Positions 9,589 through 22,190 of a DNA stretch of 39,575 nt are shown one piece after another. Below the pieces are notes generated by a model that did no database searches, was not told where the DNA came from, and saw only the letters and a program-made list of their open reading frames with translations. The DNA is taken from contig MU626434.1 of the NCBI GenBank assembly GCA_025603075.1, positions 1 through 39,575 on the forward strand. Direction: 5' to 3'. This DNA comes from Neoconidiobolus thromboides FSU 785 (lineage: Eukaryota; Fungi; Entomophthoromycota). Position 1 is the first letter of the stretch. The number at the start of each line of letters is the position of its first letter. Position numbers and translations under genes: made by a program.

Positions 9589-10420
9589 TTATTGTCTTTT
9601 ACTTTTGTTTTTAGTAATTGATTCATATTCCATTTTCCAAATATTATCACTATCTCTTGAATCTCGAATGTAGAAAGATTGACAAATTTCGAATTGTTGA
9701 ATATTATCAAAAAATGAACTAGTTCTAATTACTTTTTCAACAATGATATCCCATAAGATACCAAACAAATTGCCTATTATATACCCTATAATCACTTGTT
9801 TTTGAGTGTGATAATTTAAATAAACTCTATATAAAACAAAATTATATATTAATGCATTGTCATAGTACTTAATTAATATTTACCTTGAATAACAAACCAA
9901 TAAACTCCATAAAATCAACCCAGTGGATATTATAGTATAATATAAATTATTTCTACTTTTCAATCTTTAAAACAATCATTAATTAAACAGGTAAGTGAAT
10001 AAAATAGAATAAAATCACCTAAACCAAAGATAGATCATTGAATACATACAAGTGTAACCCACAAACATGGCATGAGAACTAGGCATACCATGCCCTTTAC
10101 CTAAGAAATCTAAATTTCAAAAATCAATACCACTTTCATATACCTTTATTTCAAATATTAATAAACTCACCAGTAGGCCTATTTTCTTTGATTATTCTTT
10201 TCAATACAAAGTTGACTCCTTCGTTAATCAATTGCCCTAAAAACATTAACATAACAGCAAATTCACGACGAGAGATGGCAATAGATACATAGGCTACTAA
10301 GATTGCTAATGGTGATAAAGTTAAATAGGCTAATAACTTGCCAATGATATCTTGGTGATTGTATTGTACATGAGTTAAGGAAATGGTAGCTAGACTATTG
10401 TTAACTATATTGTCAGCCAT
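9589..10420 (-). CDS. CAX4: Dolichyldiphosphatase (DOLPP1/CAX4-like, PAP2 family; 4 exons, ~219 aa)
   Basis: Exons 10420-10171, 10109-10019, 9964-9884, 9826-9589: SLTHVQY...GKLLAYLTLSP...GQLINEGVNFVLKRIIKENRP, GMPSSHA, SRVYLNYHTQKQV. Confidence 0.88.
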
Positions 10421-10747
10421 TTTTTATAAAACTAAGACTTCAAAAAAAGAGAATTCATTAATTGAACTAACTGTCCAATTTGGTCTAAAAAAATTGAATG
10501 GAATTTTATTAGAATTAATGAAATATTAATAATGTTAAAAAATAAGTACTTTTAGAAATTATGTTTTAACATAAAACATCACCTATTTGTTGTTTTTATT
10601 TAATACTTAATACTTAACTATTTATTCGAAACAATTCTATCATATACTACTTTTAATACTTTAAAAATAAAATAAATAAAATCAAAAAGTAAATTCTTTA
10701 ACCTAATATAATTAATTTTATATCAAACAAATACTAAACCGTCACAT

Positions 10748-12635
<1,888 letters not shown>

Positions 12636-13561
12636 TATTTTTTTTAATAATTTGATAATTTTGATTTCTTACAACTTTCAAAGTTAAAATTTTAAATGAT
12701 TGAGATATTTCTAATTTTCACGTTTTATAATTTAAGCTTTTTCGTGCTCATTTTTTGCAAGCAATTTTGCATAGCTTAGTGCTATGATTACCACATATTC
12801 TTCTATTAACAACTATTAATCGAACCCCGTAATGTTTAGAGTAACAAATCTGTTAAACATTGTCGGATTTTAAAGCGTTAGATCATTTCTATTCATTTTC
12901 TATCTCTTTAGATTAGTTTAATTATTATGTAAGTTTATTATAACACTGATCAAAAGTTCGCTATCAGCAACTTGAAAAAACCGATGTTTTTAATAAAAAT
13001 GTACTTATTGATATCAAAAATAGCTAGCTACATGTTATCAAATGATAGTTTTAATGGCACATATGAAGTTTTAAACTTTCTATACAAAAAAAGTAGAATT
13101 TTAGTTATTGACTATATTGATTTTAGATTACAAAATAAAACTAAAAATAATTAGTTATAAATCCTAACCAATCATCATAATTTTGGATTTTCAGCAAATG
13201 AAATTGGAAAAATTGAAATATAGGAGGAATAGTTTTGAATTGTATATTGCAACATTTTATTTGAAATAAAATAATTTTTATTAAATTTTAATAGTATTAT
13301 TTGGCATCAATTATTTATAATGTATAAAAAATCCCCGCTATTGATTGATCTAAAACATTTTATAAATCTTATAAATCTTTATAAATCTCTAAAAAAATCT
13401 AGCTCTAAATTAAGAATATTGACAAATAGAACTTAACCAATGATAAAAAATAGGCTAAATGATTTGAATTCAAAAAAGGAAGTCGAGAAATTTAATGACG
13501 TGAGTATAAAACGAGTTAAAACTTACAAACACTCATTAAATTTATTACTTTTTATTTAAAG

Positions 13562-14734
13562 ATGTCGGATCACACTCAAACCAATATTATTACTTTAACT
13601 AGACATATCGTCACTGCCCAAAATAAAATTAAAGAAGCTTCAGGTGATTTAACTTTATTATTAGCTGCTATTCAAGTCGGTTGTAAATTTGTTGAAGCCT
13701 GCGTACGTAAAGCTTCTTTAGTTTATCTGTAAGTTTAATAGAAAATCTGTTAAGTAGTATATTTGATATCTAATATTTCATTATAGTACCGGTTTAGCAG
13801 GTATGCAAAATGTACAAGGAGAAGATGTTAAAAAATTAGATGTATTAGCCAATGAAATATTTATTCAAAACTTAAAAGCAAGTGGTAAATGTAAAGTGTT
13901 AGTAAGTGAAGAAGATGATGAGGCTATTTTTATTGAAGGAGAAGCTGGATGCAAATATTGTGTTGTTTTTGATCCTTTAGATGGTTCTTCAAATATTGAT
14001 GCTGGTGTTAATGTTGGTACTATCTTTGGTATCTATCTTGTTAAACCAGGCTCCAATGGTACTGTTGAAGACGTACTTCGTCCTGGTAATGAAATGGTAG
14101 CTGCCGGTTATTGTATGTATGGCTCTTCTTGTAACTTAGTATTAACTACTGGTCAAGGTGTTAATGGCTTTACTCTTGATCCGGTAATAATTTCCGCTTT
14201 TTTATTTTTTTATTCTTTATTAATTAAATTTTTAGGCTATTGGTGAATTTGTTCTCACTCATCCAGACGTAAGTAATTATTTTAAAGTAATTTTTATATT
14301 CATTTGTAATTCTGTTTTAGATTAAAATCCCATCTCGTGGTAAAATTTACTCTGTAAATGAAGGTAATGCTGCCTATTGGGATAAACCATGCACAGAATA
14401 CTTCAATAGTATTAAATTTCCTGAATCCTCAAAGAAACCATATTCATCCCGTTATATTGGCTCTATGGTAGCTGATGTTCATCGTACATTATTATATGGA
14501 GGTATCTTTGCCTATCCAGGAGATAAAAAATCACCTAATGGTAAATTACGTATATTATATGAATGTTTTCCAATGGCTATGATTATGGAACAAGCTGGTG
14601 GTAAAGCTACTACTGGGGATTTACGTATGTTGGATTTTGTTCCTAAAGGGATTCACGATCGTTCCCCTATCTTTATGGGTTCTAAAGAAGACGTTGAAGA
14701 CATTGAAGCTTTCTACAAGAAATTTTCAAATTAA
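13562..14734 (+). CDS. FBP1: Fructose-1,6-bisphosphatase (multi-exon)
   Basis: ATG 13562 ([16 protein letters not shown]...), [69 protein letters not shown]. Confidence 0.97.
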
Positions 14735-15849
14735 AAATAAGTTAATTGTTTATGATTTAGCTTTAATAATAGTTGTATTTAATTATGCTATTGCATATAT
14801 ACTTTGTAAAATAGGTCAAGTATTATAAAAGTGTAAGTCAATATTTTCATTTTGTTTAATTTAATAAACAAAATAGAAGTCATTAAAATATTTCAATTAT
14901 TCCAATGTACTTACAAAACCTATGCTAATGTTTTGTACAATATTAAGAATCGATAACTAAGAATTAAAGCTAAAGTATAATAGTTTAATATAGTAGTCTA
15001 TATCATAGTTTAATATAATGGCTTAATATGATAGTTTACAATTTAATTTTTGTAAATGAATTTTTTAAAGAATTTGAATTAGTAATAAAAGGTTAAATAA
15101 ATCCGCAAGTTGAAGAATCATCATGTGAATATTGTTTATCAAGCTTTTTAGTACTTTCATTGAAAACATAACCTTATATTAGCATACAAAACATAATGTC
15201 CTTTTTGTTTCATTGTTTTGGTTAATTTTGTATAGTATAAGTTCGAAAAAAATTAAGTCAAAATTAAAAAAACAATTCTCATATGGAAAATTTTGTTTCA
15301 TTGTTATCTACTTTTTGGTCAACAGTTCTAAAAAAAAGCTACTAGTTCAGTGTCATAATAAAAACAATACCTTTAAAAATTTTATTTACAAAATTTAATG
15401 AATACTTTCAAGTTTGATTTACAAACATATTGAATAATTATAAAGAAGTTAAACTATAGAATATAATTTTTGATTCATATTAACTATAACTCCATACTTT
15501 GATGGTCACAACACCAATACGTCAATGCACTCAACTTAGTTTAAACATTTGAAAAATAGAAAAGGATAAACTAAACATTCTAAAATTTAAGAAAGATTAT
15601 TGGTTGAGATTAAAAGAAATGACAAATTAAATTCACATGAAAGAGTTAGACACCAATTCCAACGTCAATGAATTTTAAAAGCCAATAAAATTTAATAAAT
15701 AAAATTGGTTTGCTGAAAATAAGAAGTATTATTGATTCAAATAAAAGTCACACTCACACGGAAAATGAAGCCTTAAAATAAATATAAAAACTATCATTTT
15801 TACTATTTTTTTATATTTTATTTCAAATTCAATTATTGTATATTTATAA

Positions 15850-18818
15850 ATGTCTCCTGATTTACGCTTTGATAATCAAGTTGTAATTGTAACTGGTGCT
15901 GGGGGTGGTAAGTAATTAAAATATTTGCTTTAAATAGCAATTAATAAGTTATAAGCAGAATGCTAAGTTAAATTTAATAGGACTTGGTCGTGCTTATGCA
16001 TTATTGTTTGCCTCAAGGGGTGCTAAAGTAGTTGTTAATGATCTTGGAGGAGGTCGTGATGGTAAAGGAAACAACTCGAGAGCAGCTGATGTAGTAGTTG
16101 AAGAGATTAAGAAAGCTGGTGGTGTAGCTGTAGCCAATTATGACTCTGTTGAAGATAGTGAAAAAGTTGTTGAAACTGCTATCAAAGCCTTTGGCAGAGT
16201 AGATATCTTAATCAATAATGCTGGGTAATTTTATTTCTATTATTTATCCCAATTGCTGACTGTTAAAAGTATTTTACGTGATCGTTCTTTTGCTAAAATG
16301 GCTGATCAAGATTGGGACCTTGTAATGAAAGTCCATCTTCGTGGTTCATATAAGATGTCTAAAGCTTGTTGGGAAATTTTCAGAAAGCAAAAGTTCGGAA
16401 GGTAATTTAAACATTTGTTGTATTAAACTTTATTCAATCTTTCAGAATTATTATGACTGCTTCAGGTGCCGGTCTTTATGGAAACTACGGACAAGCTAAC
16501 TACTCATCTGGTAAATTATCAGCTTTATATTTGGCTTTATACTAAAACGTTTCATAGCTAAACTTGCTCTTGTTGCTTTGAGCAACACTTTAGCTAAAGA
16601 AGGTGCTAAGAACAATATACACTGTAATGTTATTGCACCAATTGCTGCTTCACGTCTTACAGAAGATATCATGCCACCAGAGATTCTTGAGGCTATGAAG
16701 CCTGAATTTATCTCACCATTAGTAGCCTATTTATGTCATGAAAACACAGCAGAAAATGGTGGTATATTTGAATGTGGTGCTGGTCAATTTTTTAAACTCA
16801 GATATGAGCGTACTAAAGGATGTACTTTTAAAGCAGATTCAACATTTTTACCTGGTGCCATTGCCGCAAAATTTGATAAAATTATGGACTTCTCAGAAGC
16901 TAATCATCCATCAAGCATTGGAGAAACTGATTGGATCAATCTACTTGAAGAAGCTAAAACCCTCACAACAAATGAATCTAAAGCTGATATGCGCTTAGAT
17001 GGTCAAGTTGCCATTATCACTGGCGCTGGAAATGGCCTTGGTCGTGCCTATTCCCTTTTATTTGGTAAATTAGGTGCCTCTGTAGTAGTCAATGATCTTG
17101 GAAAAACTAAAGATGCTTCCGGAAACCTTGTATCTGCCGCTGATCTTGTTGTTGAAGAAATTAAGAAAGCCGGTGGTAAAGCTGTTGCAAATTACGATTC
17201 AGTAGAATTTGGTGAAAAGATTGTTGAAACTGCTATTAAAGCTTTTGGACGTATTGACATTGTTGTCAACAATGCAGGTATCCTTCGCGATCGTTCTTTT
17301 GGTAAAATGAATGACCAAGATTGGGATTTGGTTTACACTGTCCATCTTAAAGGCACATATAGCGTATCTAAAGCCGCATGGCCATATATGCTTAAACAAA
17401 AATATGGTCGTATCATTAATACTGCTTCTGCTGTTGGATTATATGGTAACTTTGGTCAAGCCAATTACTCTGCCTGTAAATTAGGTATCCACGGTTTGAC
17501 CCAAACCCTCGCTTTAGAAGGTGCTAGCAAGAATATTAAAGTCAATACTATTGCTCCAAATGCAGGTACTGCCATGACCGCAACTATTATGCCACCAGAA
17601 ATTGTTGAAATGTTGAAACCTGACTACGTTGCACCACTTGTAGCCTTTTTAGCTCATCCAGATGTACCAGAATCTGGCCAAGTTTATGAATGTGGAAGCT
17701 GTTGGATCTCTAGAGTACGCTGGCAACGTACCAAGGGTGCAGGTTTACCAGTAAATAAGGGAATTGCACCAGAAGATGTTGCTAAGATTTTTGATAAAAT
17801 CACTGATTTTACTCACCATACCTACCCAACTTCTCTCAATGAATCTGTAAGTACTATGTATGAAAGCTTCCAAGCACTCTCAGGCGGTGATAGTAATGAA
17901 TCATCAGAAGATTTAGTTGGTAATATTGAAGCAGCTCTTAAATACCGTAGTGAAGTAGCTGATTACAGCTACACTCAAAGAGATGTCATTTTATATGCAT
18001 TAGGATTAGGAGCTAAACGTACTGAATTGGATTTAGTGTATGAAAATGCTGATAATTTCTTCACGCTCCCTACCTTTGCTGTTTTGGCTGGATTTGAAAA
18101 TGGTGCTGAATTTAATAAGTTCATCCCTGAATTTAACCCAATGATGTTACTTCATGGTGAACAATACTTAGAAATCCACAGTCCTATACCAACTGAAGGC
18201 ACCCTCAAGACTCAAAGCCGTATCGTTGATGTTGTTGACAAAGGCAAATCAACCATTGTAAGTGCTGGTATTGAAATCAAAGATGAATCTGGAAAACTTT
18301 TAGCTGATGCTCAATCTACTGTGTTTATCCGTGGTGTTGGTAATTTCGGAGGTCCAAACAAGGCCAAAGATCGCGGAAGTGCAACCGCTTTAAATACCCC
18401 ACCTAAACGTGAACCTGATTATACTGAAATTTTAGCTACCCATGAAGATCAAGCAGCACTTTACCGTTTGTCTGGTGATTATAATCCACTACATATTGAT
18501 CCAGCTATGTCTTCAATGGGTGGTTTTAAAACTCCTATTTTACATGGTCTCTGCACATATGGTATGGCTGGTAAAGCCTTACTTAAAAAATATGGCAGAA
18601 ATTCACCAAATGCTATGAAATCCATCAAAGCTAGATTCTCAAGTCATGTTATACCTGGCGAAAAATTATCACTCCAATCATGGATTGATCCAGAAAACAA
18701 TAAAAAGGTTTTATTTGTTGTTGAAGTATTAGGTCGCCCTAAGAAATCATACGCCATTACTAATGCTGCTGTTGAGTTCAATGAACCTGTTCAAGTTCCT
18801 TCCTCATCAAAACTTTAA
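15850..18818 (+). CDS. FOX2: Peroxisomal multifunctional beta-oxidation enzyme (two SDR domains + hydratase-2)
   Basis: [26 protein letters not shown] after splicing; second SDR ([31 protein letters not shown]); hydratase motif [14 protein letters not shown]...ILHGLC; C-terminal SKL (PTS1). Four short introns in the 5' part. Confidence 0.96.
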
Positions 18819-18938
18819 ATTTCTATCTAAATACATTTTTTATTTAAAGCTTAATTTGTTTTGTTTTGTTTTGTTTTTAACTGAAAGTGATCTAAATCAA
18901 ATATATCAACCAAAAGACGTATAAACTATTTATCATAT

Positions 18939-19033
18939 GGGGATGTATTTTTGTGTTTAAGAATTTTACTAACAAATTTTCCACTCAAATAGTACTTAAA
19001 AAATGGAAAAAGTAAAGTCAAAAAAACATCCCC
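18939..19033 (+). mobile_element. GGGGATG-family MITE
   Basis: Intact GGGGATG...CATCCCC ends and family core; ~120 bp after the FOX2 stop; flanks ATAT / (T)ATAT. Confidence 0.9.
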
Positions 19034-19259
19034 TATATTAATAGTAAAAATAGTTTAGATATTAAGTTAAACCAATTATTATAATACTAAATTTATAGTA
19101 AGTTTTCTTATAAACTCTTGAGTAAAGTTTGATAAGGGAGTAAGTAATCACTTATTTCATATATTATAGACTCTTGATTAGATAAAGTGACCTTATATAG
19201 GTACTAAGTATAAGAAAAGTAACGAAAATAAAGTATACTTTTAAAACAGTAATATACTT

Positions 19260-21027
19260 AGTTATAGATATTCAATGTAAAAGATGGGAGTCCTTAAATG
19301 ATTATTATTTATTTTTGTATGATATGTTTGAAGATCAAGTGATAAGTTCAATTAGCTCTAGGTTGAATACACATTTTCCTGTAGCAGAAGGACCATTATC
19401 CGAGATTTTAGAAATCCTTTTGCTTTTTGAACATAAATTTTATTCCCATTCATCTCTTTCATAACATATCACAAAAATTAAAAAATAGAAACGACTGGGC
19501 AATCAATGGTAAAAATATTTGTGAGATTTCAGTAACACTATTAGTAACAAGCATAATTCTTTGAGTATGATTTCAATATGACTTGATTTTTTATTTTCAC
19601 TTTTATTATCAGTTTTGTGTTCTCCAAAATCATGAAATTCCTTTTCTTTAGATATATTAAATTGAATAGTGTGTATAGTAAATTTAATGTGATGAAAGAA
19701 ATATATAGTACAATTTTTTTAATCACTAACCGTTGATTATGTGCTTTGATTCTCTGTTTCTAGTAAAATATTATTCATAACTCGAATACTTTTCTCTTTA
19801 ATTATAATTTGAATGAGAGCTTCTTTAAAATAGTATGAATTTTTAATTGATCTTCACCTTGCTTAATATCTTTTAATTAAACGTAAAAAAATACCACTTA
19901 AAACATAGTGGAACCCTTGTAACTTCAAGTATTAAAACTACACTATACCCTTATTATTTATATTAAAAGCAAACAGGGACTGGGAAAGTTTGCATGTATA
20001 ATACCTAATTAATTTTCTTAACTTCAAAGCCAGAATATAGGTTCAGTGATATAGGATCCAGCTAATAATAGCACTCTATCACAATAAGAACTTAATATAA
20101 AGTAGGTATAAACTCGCTCAATATTCGTCTTTTTGGACAGCTTTATCAAAGATTGATGCAAGCCTATTATAAATGATATTCTATAGCAGTCGAATTGAAG
20201 AAATTATTTAAGCCCATTAATCTATGAAATGTAAGTTATATCCTATACTAATGTAAGGATTGTCTGTATACTTTATAAATTAAGTTTAATTACATGAGCA
20301 TTTGAAGCAAACATACAAAGCCTTTCTTCAAAGTGTTTCTTTAATTCCTTATAATTTCAGTTTTTTCCATAAATAAAAGGTTAGGTTAATAGGATTGTTG
20401 CTTTTGATTCAGATGAACGTGAAGGAAAATTGAATTGTGTTTCCTAACAAAGGAAATGTCGCGTTAACAAATTTGAATCAATCTATTAGAGCTTCTTTTA
20501 ATATCGGGCCTGATATTGAATTTAATTCGCTTTGGTACTTCAGGTATAAAGCTTAATCTCGTAGGTTTGAACGCAAATAGAGCTAATTTATCTGTCAATG
20601 TAACAAAAAGATTTTTAAACCTTTACTGGGAAAAAATGGAAATGGATTTCGAGTAAACTTTAACAAATTTTCTAACAATACTTTGAAATTTATCAAAAAT
20701 TCCTAAAATACTGTATAAAAAACTAAAATCCTTTGGTAATTTTACTGGTTGCAATTTAGCCCTTTTTAATTGAGGTTACTTTGAGTTAAATTTACTATCC
20801 TTTATATAAATGAAATTGAGAGCTTCCTTGTCTTTATATTTAGCTTCGATTTGATGTTTTTTCGATTCATATTCTATATTTTCGTTCTTATAATGTACAA
20901 TTTCTCTAATAAAAGTATATTCGGTTTTCCTTTTTATATATCTTGAACATATTGGTAGTAATCTATCGCACTTAACACGACTTCTAAAGCCTTGGCCACA
21001 TCTATGCCTTTTTTTATTCAAACACAA
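19260..21027 (-). pseudogene. Degraded Zn2Cys6 (fungal zinc-cluster) transcription factor gene
   Basis: C-GQ-[G]-FRSRVK-C-DRLLPI-C-SR-[Y]-IKRKTE-[Y] at 21000-20917 has exact C-x2-C-x6-C-x6-C-x2-C-x6-C spacing with 3 of 6 Cys lost; the same frame continues as protein-like text interrupted by stops (20776, ~20620, ~20465). The 3' boundary is a guess. Confidence 0.6.
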
Positions 21028-22063
21028 ACTATTTCAATCCTTACCTATAGCAAAAATGTATAAAAAAATCACACATCACTACAAAACAACTAGTAACTTC
21101 AGATACCTCATTTAGTAGCCAATTAAAAAGTAAAACCCACGTATATAGGGTTAGTATCAGTTGTCCATTTAAAATACTGCCCATTAAATCAAAATTAAAC
21201 AAGCATTATTAAATTTTGGAATTATTTCAATTCTAGAAGAGCATTTAAACTAATTGGTTGTTTTTTTGAATGTATGCTTATAGACACTATCTTTTACTTT
21301 GTGCTATACATATAGTATTTGGACTTATTTTTAAATTCAAAGACGATTGAAGTAAAGCATATTTAATGCTAATATTTAATCATTATATCGATTTACTAGA
21401 CTTTTGATCCTATTTTTATAATTTAGACTTTATAGATATTTCAAATCAATTTGATTGTTAATACAGTATGTGATAATAATATGGCACTACTTGATATTTT
21501 AATTTAATAGTTTTAAAAAAAACATGAATTTAATTACAGCTTTTATGTTTGCTCCTTCAGCTTTTATATTTTCAGCTTCAAGTTAAATACTCAATATTTT
21601 ATTAATTATCAAAATTTAGGTATAGCTATAATAAGCAAGGTATAAATATTTGTATAGTAAGAAAATATGTTAACGAAAATATTTTGAAGCTGTCATTATC
21701 TTTACTAAATAAAAAATAAGAATAGATAAAATCATAAAAATAGATTGTAAACTTTAACTCTTTGTATAAAAATAAATACACAATGTAAAGTTTTTATGTA
21801 ATTAAAATCTCTTGTTAAAATTCTACATTACCATGTATATTTTACTGTTATGATTATAAATACGAAAAGAAACTACAGAACTCTCTTTAAAGTTTAAAAC
21901 AACTCTTAAAATAACCAACTAATATAAAATTAGTTTAATAAAAAAAGTAATCATCAAAACAGTAAAATACGATAGCGATAATAGCATACGAAGTATAAGT
22001 AAGTTTTCTGATTGATAGCTTTTTAATAGTGATAATAAACAAAAATAAAGAATAACTTCAAAT

Positions 22064-22158
22064 GGGGATGTGTTTTTTGTTTAAGAATTTTATTACAATC
22101 TTTCCACTCAAATAGCGCTTAAAAAATGGAAAAATAATGAGACTAAAAAAACAGCCCC
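22064..22158 (+). mobile_element. GGGGATG-family MITE just downstream of the ABC transporter stop
   Basis: GGGGATG...CAGCCCC; exact AAAT duplication at 22060-22063 and 22159-22162. Confidence 0.9.
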
Positions 22159-22190
22159 AAATGTTAAAATATAGGAAATTTTTAATTAAA

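Noticed and set aside
12815-12835. GGTTCGATT on the minus strand resembling a tRNA B-box
   Set aside because: No A-box, cloverleaf stems or acceptor pairing could be built around it.
13357-13390. (TTATAAATCT)x3 tandem repeat upstream of FBP1
   Set aside because: Short AT-rich slippage repeat; no evidence of function.
15525-15580. Possible eroded MITE fragment upstream of FOX2 (gcactcaac...ttgaaaaatagaaaagg...aaacattc)
   Set aside because: Similarity is short and mostly poly-A/T; no termini or TSD.
20917-21000. RIP-like mutation (two TGT-to-TAT changes, CpA-to-TpA on the other strand)
   Set aside because: Too few sites; the third Cys loss is a transversion, mismatches between LTR copies are of mixed types, and general AT-biased drift explains the pattern.
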